From an uncultured Bdellovibrionales bacterium (GTDB lineage: Bacteria; Patescibacteriota; Minisyncoccia; Moranbacterales; DUUL01), in the NCBI GenBank assembly GCA_964391875.1, contig CAYMNT010000001.1:1-30390 (forward strand): a DNA stretch of 30,390 nt, read 5' to 3'. Under the pieces are notes generated by a model. The model had not been told where the DNA came from. It saw only the letters and a list, made by a program, of their open reading frames with translations, and ran no database searches. Position 1 is the stretch's first letter. Each line of letters starts with the position of its first letter. This document shows positions 9,407 to 18,058 of the stretch, piece by piece. A program made the translations under genes and the position numbers.

Positions 9407-9531
9407 ATCCATCAAAGTTAAGCATTCCAACCTCTTGATATGATATAATTTTCCAAAAATAAACTTGGGCGGTACCTTGTTGTTGAAATCCGAACTTATT
9501 TTGAACTCAGTAAAACACTAAACAAAATACA

Positions 9532-10992
9532 CTATTCAAATTTACAACCCCTTTCATTACAATGAGCGATACTCCCATCTAATAACGAAGCGCAATATTC
9601 AAATCCACGAATGTTACCATCAACACGATTCACTTTCATTTCGCACCCATCATTCCATTTTCCTCCTTCGGTATTAATTATTGGCCACACATCGGAAGAA
9701 TTGCCACGACAAATTTCACCCCCGTCTTTTGGTTTCATTATATACCCATTATTATTCATACACATAATCACTGCTGGTACAGTTGAGGATATTTTTGATT
9801 TTAACATAGTCACTTCTTTCTTTTGTTGAGTACTGTTATTTTTCTCATCATCATTCATTTCAATAGATTTTACTTCTCTTCCAATATTCTTTTTAAGGTC
9901 ATACGTTATATTAATATGTTCTAAATTATCACTTAACGCTAGTTGTTTTTTATAAAAAACAAGTTCTTCATTTAATTCTAACTCGTGATTATATTTTTTA
10001 TGTACAAATGCACTACATTCATTTTGTAATGCCCTAGATGACATTTCCTTGCATTTAGTTAATGCTTGAGAATAACAATTTTTTGTAGCAACTATATAGT
10101 ATGGCGTTTCATCATTAACTGTCCTGCAATCTTCAATATCATCAATAATTTCTGAAACAACTGATAAACACGCATTTTTACCTTTCACTGATACACATTG
10201 TTTGAAATTTTCCTTAATTGTATTTACATCTTCTATGCAATCTTCTTTACTTTCCGCAGATACATGTTGACAATATTCTTGATTTACATTTAACATTGCC
10301 AATTTCCTATAACATTCCCTCTTATCTTGATCATAGCTATGACTTGTGTCAAATGTCCCTGCAAGATCACAAAGAGCAGGATCATTTTTTATGACACCTA
10401 ACTCTCCATAACATTTACTTTTAGTTTGATAAAATTCTATAGTGTTACAAATATTTACATCCTTTGCAATAATTGCCTGTTGTATTTTTGCACGTTCTTC
10501 ACATGTTCTAATTACCAATCCTTCTGGCCAATATTTACATACACTCTTATCACCAGTTAATTCTACGACATCTTCCACACACTCTCTCAAATTTGTTGAT
10601 TTCAAACAAAATGATGCATCTTTTTTTTCATGAGCCATTTTTTCATTTATCATATCTTCACATTCTTCTTTAAACGCCCCTTCGGGATCATTGGAAATTT
10701 TTTTACATATATCAATATTGCGTTGTTCAAAAGCTGCATTAATATAACAATAAACAACAATCATAGGTTCACGAGAAATACTACAAACATCATCAATGTC
10801 TAGCGTATTCGCATTTACTGATGAATTTAAATTATCTTGTTGTTTTAATGGCTTTTTTATTTGTTCGCTGTTTTGTGTGTTATGAAAAATAAAAAACAAA
10901 ACACCACCAACTAATACAATTATGATTAATAAAATACTAATCATCATTATTTTATTACCACCTGGATAATCTTTGTCGTCTAAATTTTCCAT
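9532..10992 (-). CDS. Membrane-anchored Cys-rich repeat protein with a C-terminal pilin-head-like domain
   Basis: TM helix at about aa 15-36. Twenty Cys lie in helical repeats over aa 70-326 (C-Y-x3-A-x4-D/N-x3-C pattern). The C-terminal ~95 aa has 6 Cys and resembles the pilin at 17142-17555. Confidence 0.7.
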   Translation of the reverse strand: MENLDDKDYPGGNKIMMISILLIIIVLVGGVLFFIFHNTQNSEQIKKPLKQQDNLNSSVNANTLDIDDVCSISREPMIVVYCYINAAFEQRNIDICKKISNDPEGAFKEECEDMINEKMAHEKKDASFCLKSTNLRECVEDVVELTGDKSVCKYWPEGLVIRTCEERAKIQQAIIAKDVNICNTIEFYQTKSKCYGELGVIKNDPALCDLAGTFDTSHSYDQDKRECYRKLAMLNVNQEYCQHVSAESKEDCIEDVNTIKENFKQCVSVKGKNACLSVVSEIIDDIEDCRTVNDETPYYIVATKNCYSQALTKCKEMSSRALQNECSAFVHKKYNHELELNEELVFYKKQLALSDNLEHINITYDLKKNIGREVKSIEMNDDEKNNSTQQKKEVTMLKSKISSTVPAVIMCMNNNGYIMKPKDGGEICRGNSSDVWPIINTEGGKWNDGCEMKVNRVDGNIRGFEYCASLLDGSIAHCNERGCKFE

Positions 10993-11054
10993 AAATTTTA
11001 TTTTATTTTTATATATTTATAATATCACAAAAACCATTTCCTTCCTAAGATTAA

Positions 11055-11114
11055 TTTTGACGAAGTCAAAAGAGAAAATGCCCTGGGGTACAATTTTTCC
11101 TTTTAAAAGGAAAA
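11055..11114. repeat. Two short palindromes downstream of tRNA-Ser (possible terminator or processing signals)
   Basis: ttttgac-gaa-gtcaaaa (11055-11071) and the perfect 20-bp palindrome ttttccttttaaaaggaaaa (11095-11114). Confidence 0.5.
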
Positions 11115-11164
11115 TAAAAAATTGCGCGCGAAAATAAGTTAGAATTTTATTCAAAAATAAAAAT

Positions 11165-11254
11165 TGGCGGAGAGGGGGAGATTCGAACTCCCGATACCTT
11201 TTACAGTATGCCACCTTTCCAAGGTGGTGCACTCGACCACTATGCGACCTCTCC
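11165..11254 (-). tRNA. tRNA-Ser(GGA), 90 nt, CCA encoded
   Basis: Reverse complement is GGAGAGGTCGCATAGTGGTCGAGTGCACCACCTTGGAAAGGTGGCATACTGTAAAAGGTATCGGGAGTTCGAATCTCCCCCTCTCCGCCA: CCACC/GGTGG anticodon stem around GGA, long variable arm and GTTCGAATC T-loop. Confidence 0.97.
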
Positions 11255-11458
11255 TTTATATACATTCTTTAATTTTTTTCGTCTTTTTCCTCTCCTCCTT
11301 TTTGTCATTCCCGCATAGACAGGAATCCATTAAGGCGAGAGATTTTATTCAGCACTTAAAGCTTCTTTAAACAAATACTAAAATAATCAACTCAGTGACT
11401 TTCTTTCTTTGGCTAAATTTACTAATAAAAAAGAGTCCGATCCTTTCTTGTCTTATTA

Positions 11459-12709
11459 TTATTCTGCTCCCCAAATTAAACTGGCCTTTCTTTTATTAGC
11501 TTTATTTTTATCAACTAAAATCAATTTTATTTTTTCTTGTCGCAAAAAAGAAAATGATTTTAATTCTTCTAAACTACTCACCTTAAGCGTCCTTCTTCTA
11601 CCCCTCCGATACCGCATTAGAACCCTAGCAAACTTATTACGGGAAATCAACGCTTGATCATTATAAACAGACAGCTCCACTTCTTTAATAATTTTGTCCA
11701 TAATTTTTATTGTTTCCTCGGGATATTGACCAACCGCTGTTTCATTGGATAACATTACCGCATCCGTACCGTCTATTACCGCATTGGTCACATCTGAAAT
11801 CTCCGCTCTCGTTGGTCGCGCTGAACTAACCATAGAAGCCATCATTTGCGTAGCTACAATCACCGGCTTTTTGTTTTTTAGACATTTTTTAATAATATCT
11901 TTTTGCAAAATAGCTACTTTTTCTTGAGGTGTTTCAATGGCTAAATCCCCCCGGGCCACCATTATCCCGTCTGAAACTTTAATTATTTCTTTGATATTTT
12001 TTATGGCTTTCTGACGCTCTATTTTTGAAATTATCCAGGGCATATCAACTTGGTGATCTTCCCCAAATAATTCCTCTTGAAAATGTTGAATAATTGTACG
12101 TAATGATAAAATATCTTTAGCTGAAGCAACAAAAGAAACCGCAATAAAATCAACTTTGTGAGCCAATATAAATTTTAAATCAGCTAAATCTTTTTCCGTT
12201 AAAAAACCCAGATGAGCGGAAATCGCAGGAATATTAACCCCTTTATGTTGTTTAATAATCCCCGCCACCAATACTTTAGCTACACAACCATAACGATGAT
12301 TTTTAACTATTTTTAATTGAATAAGCCCATCTTCAATATAAATTATATCTCCCGGATGAACCCAATAATAAAACTCATTCCAATCTAAAACTAATTTTTT
12401 CCGATAACTCTTTTTATCGGGACCACTCTTATCCGTTAAGTAAATTTTTTCTCCCGCCCTTACCTCTAAGGCTCTCTCATTGACCACCCTGATTCTCGGT
12501 CCTTGAATATCCGCCATAATTCCAATATCTCTTTTATTTTTTGTCGCCACCGTGCGAATATTTTTTATGGCTCGCCGATTTCCCTCTTCATTACCATGAG
12601 AAAAATTTAAGCGACAAACATCCAACCCGTTTTTCATCATTTCCGATAAAACTTGTTGAGTTATTGAAGCCGGTCCAATGGTCGCCACTATTTTCGTTCT
12701 GTTTTTCAT
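11459..12709 (-). CDS. pyk: Pyruvate kinase with a shortened, divergent C-terminal domain
   Basis: [78 protein letters not shown]. Confidence 0.95.
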   Translation of the reverse strand: MKNRTKIVATIGPASITQQVLSEMMKNGLDVCRLNFSHGNEEGNRRAIKNIRTVATKNKRDIGIMADIQGPRIRVVNERALEVRAGEKIYLTDKSGPDKKSYRKKLVLDWNEFYYWVHPGDIIYIEDGLIQLKIVKNHRYGCVAKVLVAGIIKQHKGVNIPAISAHLGFLTEKDLADLKFILAHKVDFIAVSFVASAKDILSLRTIIQHFQEELFGEDHQVDMPWIISKIERQKAIKNIKEIIKVSDGIMVARGDLAIETPQEKVAILQKDIIKKCLKNKKPVIVATQMMASMVSSARPTRAEISDVTNAVIDGTDAVMLSNETAVGQYPEETIKIMDKIIKEVELSVYNDQALISRNKFARVLMRYRRGRRRTLKVSSLEELKSFSFLRQEKIKLILVDKNKANKRKASLIWGAE

Positions 12710-12724
12710 TTTAATTTTATTTTA

Positions 12725-13303
12725 CTAACTTGCTTGTTGATATCTTTTCTCTTCCTGCTTGTTAGATAATTTTTCTAGACTCTTCCTAAAATATAAATCT
12801 TCCGGTGCCAATTCTAAATTATTTATTCCCCCTCCCTCAACTAAATCAATCAACCCCTTTAATCTTTTTTTATCATATTTTTCTTTTTTAGTTTCTATCG
12901 CTCCAAATTCATCCACTGCTGTTCTTAATTTATCAAAAGTAGTTGCTCGCTTAATTTTCGTTTGATACTCAAATTGAAACAGCCTCTTGGCTATTTTTGA
13001 AATCTTTCTTATTCTTTTGGCTTCTATTAATTCATTACTTTCAGTTTCTTGATTATTATTTTTCCCTCTTTCCTCTCCCCTCTCATTTCCCTCCAATAAA
13101 TTCCTCGCTTTATTGTAAATTACTTTTTCCTTATCATTCATATTAATGACCAAATTAGACAACAACTCACCTTCTTTATCTGTAATGATAAAAAGTTCTC
13201 TTTCTTCTAACTTTTTATCCAATTCTTTCCATACTTGATTATTGTCTTTTATTTTCTCCGTCTCACCTAATATTTCAAATTCAATATCGGGATTTTTGCT
13301 CAT
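12725..13303 (-). CDS. Hypothetical protein; C-terminal domain paralogous to 13348-13959
   Basis: 192-aa ORF in gene orientation; shares YQ..RA...EFGAI...ID...FRKSL with its neighbour. Confidence 0.75.
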   Translation of the reverse strand: MSKNPDIEFEILGETEKIKDNNQVWKELDKKLEERELFIITDKEGELLSNLVINMNDKEKVIYNKARNLLEGNERGEERGKNNNQETESNELIEAKRIRKISKIAKRLFQFEYQTKIKRATTFDKLRTAVDEFGAIETKKEKYDKKRLKGLIDLVEGGGINNLELAPEDLYFRKSLEKLSNKQEEKRYQQAS

Positions 13304-13347
13304 AATATTTTTGATAATAATTTAATGATTAGTTATCTTTAATTTTT

Positions 13348-13959
13348 TTAAATTTTTCTTTCCCGGTGCTTATTTTTCAAAATACTTAATAAGCTTTTAC
13401 GAAAACCAAGAGCGGAAGTGGCCGTATTTGCTCCCTTTTTATTATTTGCTATTTGATCAATGATAATTTTTAACTCAGCCACTTTAAATATCTGCCGACT
13501 TCCTTTTATTGCACCATATTCATTAATAATCGTTTTAAATTCCGATAAATCTTTTGCCCGTATCATTTCTTCTTGATATGCTACTTGCTCCGCTCTAATC
13601 ACTACATTAGTTATTTTCTCTATTTGCTTACTGGATAATTTATTAGTTAATTTTCTAGTGGCAAAATCAAAAAAACTATTCTGCACCTTGTTTAATTTTT
13701 CTTGATCAACTTCACTTATTTTTCTCTCATTAAAAAGCTTTCTTATAATTCTTATCCCTTCCTGCCGAATTATAACCGCTTGAAAGTATTCTTTCTCTAA
13801 AGGCTTATTTTTTATCTCTTCTATTGCTTCCGATAATAATTTAATTTCTTTATTTGAAATAATCGACCCTTCTTTTCCTTTCTTCCATCGCTCAGCCTTA
13901 TTTTTTCCAGTTTTTGATGATTTCTCTGAAGTTGGTTTATATACCTCTGTATCTGCCAT
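13348..13959 (-). CDS. Hypothetical protein; C-terminal domain paralogous to 12725-13303
   Basis: 203-aa ORF with a TGcTAAAAT extended -10 upstream and the shared C-terminal motif. Confidence 0.75.
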   Translation of the reverse strand: MADTEVYKPTSEKSSKTGKNKAERWKKGKEGSIISNKEIKLLSEAIEEIKNKPLEKEYFQAVIIRQEGIRIIRKLFNERKISEVDQEKLNKVQNSFFDFATRKLTNKLSSKQIEKITNVVIRAEQVAYQEEMIRAKDLSEFKTIINEYGAIKGSRQIFKVAELKIIIDQIANNKKGANTATSALGFRKSLLSILKNKHRERKI

Positions 13960-14058
13960 AAATTTTTTTAATGATTAAACTTAAAAATCATGAACCGGAA
14001 AAAAATTATTTTAGCAAACTGATTTATTCCGATTCATAATTTACATTCAATCTTAATT

Positions 14059-14427
14059 TTAAAGGTTGATTTTTTCAGCAATATCACCCACAATCGGTAA
14101 GGCTATTTTTTCTCCTTTGCTTACATTAATCAATCCCATAATAAAGAAAACTAAAATAACAACATCCAATAAAAATCTTAATCTAAACATAAACACCGGA
14201 ATAAGAAAGGCGCTAATAAACCAGGCCACGGTTAAAACTAATCCTTGTTTAGCGTGAAATTGAGCAAATTCGCTTTCCTTTTTAGCCAGCAACGGCACCA
14301 AAAATAACAATCCGATGTAAGCCAAATAAGTAATTCCTTTATCTTCTTCAATGGAACTAACCGCCGGCTTGGTTACTTTTTCCGCTGACTCAACAGATTG
14401 TTTTTTCTCGTTATTTTCTTCTTTCAT
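14059..14427 (-). CDS. DUF4870/Tic20-like small membrane protein
   Basis: LAYIGLLFLVPLL...FAQFHAKQGL followed by two more TM helices; strong SD AAGGGAGGT 6 nt before the ATG. Confidence 0.8.
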   Translation of the reverse strand: MKEENNEKKQSVESAEKVTKPAVSSIEEDKGITYLAYIGLLFLVPLLAKKESEFAQFHAKQGLVLTVAWFISAFLIPVFMFRLRFLLDVVILVFFIMGLINVSKGEKIALPIVGDIAEKINL

Positions 14428-14673
14428 ATTACAACCTCCCTTCTAAATTTTATTTTATTATTTATCTTATTCCTAAAAATACCCGTTATCGTTTACAAGA
14501 AATTATTAAAATTAAAAAACTATCAATTATTTTAAATGAATTTGTCTTACCATGACATCTAATTAATCTACCGAACCTCACTCTCTATTGAGGCCTCTAT
14601 GGAAATTGGATTTTAATAAATAGTTTTACCCCTTTTTTAAAAAACCGTAAACCATACCAATAAATCTAACGAT

Positions 14674-15210
14674 TTATTTATCTTTTTTTGGTGTTTCGTT
14701 AAGGTTAATTGAATCTAAATATATTTTTCCATCTGGTGATTCAGACTTTTCTGCCTTATTTGTTTTTGAATTTGGATCAAGCGCCTCAATAAACTCTCTT
14801 ACGGCGGTCTCCTCTGGAGTTTCGTTCTCTCTCATTAAATCAATAGCTCCTATTTCTTGCTCCTTAGGTTCCTCCTTAGCTTTCATTTTTGGAATAGTTT
14901 TATCATTAAGTATTCTTAAAGCTTCAATCTCTTCCGGAGTAAAAACCATCCCTCCGGCTTCAGTTTTCTTTCCTAACTGAGAAACACCATCTTCAACATA
15001 GTCACTTATCACTACCGTTCCTCCTGAATTATACACCGAACCCACCTGAGCATCCGGACCAATAAATGTCTGAGCATTGGCCTCTGCCGGAAAAACTAAT
15101 ACTCCTAAAACCTCCGCTAAAGCGACTAATTTATCACCATATTTTTTTATTTTTTCTCCAAATGACAATTCTTTTCTATCTTGCGTTGGAATTTTGTTAA
15201 AATTACTCAT
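14674..15210 (-). CDS. Hypothetical protein, possibly exported
   Basis: 178-aa ORF with a hydrophobic stretch (aa 28-41) ending in AEANA-Q. Confidence 0.65.
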   Translation of the reverse strand: MSNFNKIPTQDRKELSFGEKIKKYGDKLVALAEVLGVLVFPAEANAQTFIGPDAQVGSVYNSGGTVVISDYVEDGVSQLGKKTEAGGMVFTPEEIEALRILNDKTIPKMKAKEEPKEQEIGAIDLMRENETPEETAVREFIEALDPNSKTNKAEKSESPDGKIYLDSINLNETPKKDK

Positions 15211-15219
15211 TGAAAATTA

Positions 15220-15489
15220 TTAATTATTATTTTTTAGTCTTTTGGACTTTTCTTTTATTAAATGGGCTCCATATTTTTTTACTGAAGCTATCCCGTTAAA
15301 AAATCTCAAACGAATAAAATTAGCCATCACCTTTAAAGCTCCCGGTGAATTTTCCGTCTCCCTGAGAAAAGCTTCTTTGGCTTCATCTTTTTGAGTAGCC
15401 ATAAATTTAACTAGAAATTTTCTATCGACTTCATCCAAAAAGTCGGCTTGTTGAATAACTTTTTCTACTTTTTGCGAAATTTTAGACAT
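15220..15489 (-). CDS. Small hypothetical protein
   Basis: 89-aa ORF packed between co-oriented genes. Confidence 0.6.
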   Translation of the reverse strand: MSKISQKVEKVIQQADFLDEVDRKFLVKFMATQKDEAKEAFLRETENSPGALKVMANFIRLRFFNGIASVKKYGAHLIKEKSKRLKNNN

Positions 15490-15584
15490 TTTAATTAATT
15501 TATTTCTTAAATTTTTGATTATCTCTTAATTCTTAAACATCTCACCGGCTATAAAATTAATCCGAGATACTTTAATTTTTTAAA

Positions 15585-16487
15585 TTATAAATCCATCTCT
15601 CTTAATCTTCTTACTCTTTCTTCTATGGGCGGATGAGTCATAAAAAATTTAGCCATTCCTTTTCCCCTCTTTCCTTTAAGCGGATTAATAATAAACATAT
15701 GAGCCGTAGCTTTATTAGCCGTACTCAATGAATGATGATCAGCAGAAATTTTCTCCAAAGCTCGTGCCAGTCCTTCCGGATAACGAGTTAAAAGCGCTCC
15801 ACTGGAATCAGCTAAAAATTCACGCTTACGAGAAATAGCCAACTGCATCAATGAAGCCACCACCGGTGATAAAACAGCCAAAACAATGGCTAGCACCATT
15901 AAAATTAAACCAAATTGTCCGCTATTTTCATTATCATTATCCCTTCCGCCCCAAAAACTCCAACGCATAAACCAATCAGACAATAGGGCTATAAATCCCA
16001 CCAATACAGTGATCACCGTTCCCAATAAAATATCTTTATTGCCAATATGAGAAAGTTCATGTGCCACCACTCCTTCCAGTTCCGTTTTATTTAATTTTTC
16101 AATAATACCCGTAGTCATAGCCACTACCGCATGTTTCGCATCACGACCGGTGGCAAAAGCATTAGGCGCTTGGTCTGGAATAACATATATTTTCGGCACC
16201 GGTAATCCGGCAGTAATACAAAGATTCTCCACTAGATTATAGATATCTCGTGCATTTTCTCGTTTCACTTCTTTAGCACCGGAAATTTTTAATACTATTT
16301 TATCACTCCACCAATAGGAGATAAAATTCATTATTATGGCAAAAATTATTGCCCCATAAAGAATAAATGAATTACCTAAAACTTGAGCAAAAATCCAACC
16401 TATCCCAATCACAAAAACTAAAAAACCAATTAAGTATATCCAAGTGAGACGAATATTATTGGCTTGATGTGTATAAAGAGTGGCCAT
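15585..16487 (-). CDS. htpX: Zinc metalloprotease HtpX (M48)
   Basis: PNAFATG, HELSH (HExxH), SRKREFLAD and THPPIEERV. Confidence 0.95.
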   Translation of the reverse strand: MATLYTHQANNIRLTWIYLIGFLVFVIGIGWIFAQVLGNSFILYGAIIFAIIMNFISYWWSDKIVLKISGAKEVKRENARDIYNLVENLCITAGLPVPKIYVIPDQAPNAFATGRDAKHAVVAMTTGIIEKLNKTELEGVVAHELSHIGNKDILLGTVITVLVGFIALLSDWFMRWSFWGGRDNDNENSGQFGLILMVLAIVLAVLSPVVASLMQLAISRKREFLADSSGALLTRYPEGLARALEKISADHHSLSTANKATAHMFIINPLKGKRGKGMAKFFMTHPPIEERVRRLREMDL

Positions 16488-16498
16488 TGATATTTAAA

Positions 16499-17053
16499 TC
16501 AAAATTCTACTTTAGGATTATTTTTTTCCTCCTCATTATCTACTTCAAAAAAGTCATACTTTTTAAAATTTAGCATTCCCGCTATCAAATTATTGGGAAA
16601 AACCTGAATTTTAGTATTGAAATCACGCACATTTCCATTATAAAATCTTCTAGCCGCTTGAATTTTATCCTCCGTGTCAGTTAAATCTTTTTGTAATTGT
16701 AGAAAATTTTCATTAGCTTTCAACTCTGGATAATTTTCCGCTACGGCAAATAAAGATTTAAGCGCTCCGGAAAGCATATTTTCACTTTCCAATTTTTCCT
16801 TTGGATTGCCGGCATTCATAGCTCGAGTACGTGCTTCCGTAACCATCTTAAAAGTTTCTTTTTCGTGAGAGGCATAACCTTTAACCGTAGAAACCAAATT
16901 AGGAATAAGGTCGTGTCGACGTTTAAGTTGAACATCTATATCACTCCAAGCTTCATCTACTCGGTTGCGTAATTTAATTAATCCATTGTAGAGTGCTACA
17001 AAAAATCCGGCCAGAAGGATAATTCCTCCTAAAATAATAAGTCCTGTAACCAT
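16499..17053 (-). CDS. lemA: LemA family protein
   Basis: YNGLIKLRNRVDEAWSDIDVQLKRRHDLIPNLV, AVAENYPELKANENF and ARRFYN. Confidence 0.96.
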   Translation of the reverse strand: MVTGLIILGGIILLAGFFVALYNGLIKLRNRVDEAWSDIDVQLKRRHDLIPNLVSTVKGYASHEKETFKMVTEARTRAMNAGNPKEKLESENMLSGALKSLFAVAENYPELKANENFLQLQKDLTDTEDKIQAARRFYNGNVRDFNTKIQVFPNNLIAGMLNFKKYDFFEVDNEEEKNNPKVEF

Positions 17054-17091
17054 AGTTTTTATTTTATTAATTTATTACTTATACTGCTGTT

Positions 17092-17120
17092 ATTCTAACC
17101 CAAATTTTATTTATTGTAAA
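17092..17120 (-). promoter_or_regulatory. Putative sigma70 promoter for lemA-htpX
   Basis: TTTACA-N17-TAGAAT. Confidence 0.5.
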
Positions 17121-17141
17121 ACATTGGGTTAAATAAGAAAT

Positions 17142-17555
17142 CTAAAGATTAGTACACTCCCTGGTGGCTAAGTTACATGTAATATTTTCAGTTTTATTAG
17201 AAACAAAAAACTGATAATTGTTTTCTGCCAATGATCCGGTTGGTTTTTTATAACTCCACCCGGAAGGCAAGCTTGGCCAAGTTTCAGTAAATCCGTCTTG
17301 ATGGGTTGCGCAAGTAATATCTTCACAACATATTTGCCCTCCAGCCACTGGAACTTTATCGGTAGCTTCTCCGCCATTCTCGGCACAAACCATTAATTCA
17401 GGGATTACTCTAACCACAACACTTTTAACCAAAGCGGTCCGCTCTTTCTCTATCGCAATCTTCCGTGAAATTAAAATAATCGATAATAAAATACCAATAA
17501 TTACAACCACTATTAAAAGTTCAATTAAACTGAAACCTTTTTTGTTTATTTTCAT
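17142..17555 (-). CDS. Type IV pilin-like protein (prepilin N-terminal cleavage/methylation motif)
   Basis: KKG|FSLIELLIVVVIIGIL class III signal with Glu5, a Cys-containing globular head, and SD GAGAGGT. Confidence 0.9.
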   Translation of the reverse strand: MKINKKGFSLIELLIVVVIIGILLSIILISRKIAIEKERTALVKSVVVRVIPELMVCAENGGEATDKVPVAGGQICCEDITCATHQDGFTETWPSLPSGWSYKKPTGSLAENNYQFFVSNKTENITCNLATRECTNL

Positions 17556-17675
17556 TTTTTTACCTCTCTTTCTAGTTAATTATCACTAATTTTAATTGGC
17601 TAAATAATGAAACATACGAACATTATTGAATCGTTACATTTCAAGGAAAAACCGATTAATCATAATTCAATTATT

Positions 17676-18038
17676 TTACTCGAAAATATAAGGCCAAAAA
17701 ATAATTATCCCGGTTATCACCGAAGCTAAAGCCGCCAGAAAAACTGCTCCGGCCATTAAGTCCTTAAGTATTCTGGCCTGAGGATGAACTCTCGGTTTCA
17801 ATAAATTAACCAATCTTTCTAAGGTGGTATTAAGCGTCTCCAAAATAAGCACTAAGGAAATTAATAATATTAATATTACTGCCTCCCATTTGGCTACACT
17901 AAAAAATATCATCAAAATTAAAACCACCAATGAAACAAACACTTCTATTTTAAAATTTCGCTCTTTGCGAATAATATATTTTAATCCCTTTAAAGCGTCC
18001 GAAAAACTTTTGGCTATTTTTTTAAAATTTGTAAACAT
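17676..18038 (-). CDS. dgkA: Prokaryotic diacylglycerol/undecaprenol kinase family protein
   Basis: ERNF, ETLNTTLE, KDLMAGAV and three TM helices. Confidence 0.85.
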   Translation of the reverse strand: MFTNFKKIAKSFSDALKGLKYIIRKERNFKIEVFVSLVVLILMIFFSVAKWEAVILILLISLVLILETLNTTLERLVNLLKPRVHPQARILKDLMAGAVFLAALASVITGIIIFWPYIFE

Positions 18039-18058
18039 ATTTATTTTAATATTTAATT

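Noticed and set aside
9466-9510. GGTACCGC resembling a T-box core, and a weak likeness to a tRNA-end att repeat or REP palindrome
   Set aside because: It lacks the GGTGG part of the T-box and a downstream synthetase gene; the match to the tRNA-Ser 3' end is only about 7 nt.
11017-11370. ORFs 11017-11265 (-) and 11164-11370 (+)
   Set aside because: Both overlap the tRNA-Ser gene and are typical spurious tRNA-derived ORFs.
11387-11461. Possible readthrough of three TAA codons restoring the pyruvate kinase C domain
   Set aside because: Only 21 codons follow before a TGA and they do not convincingly resemble PK_C.
17168-17386. Alternative-frame minus-strand ORF inside the pilin gene
   Set aside because: Fully nested, with no SD or motif; the pilin frame explains the sequence.
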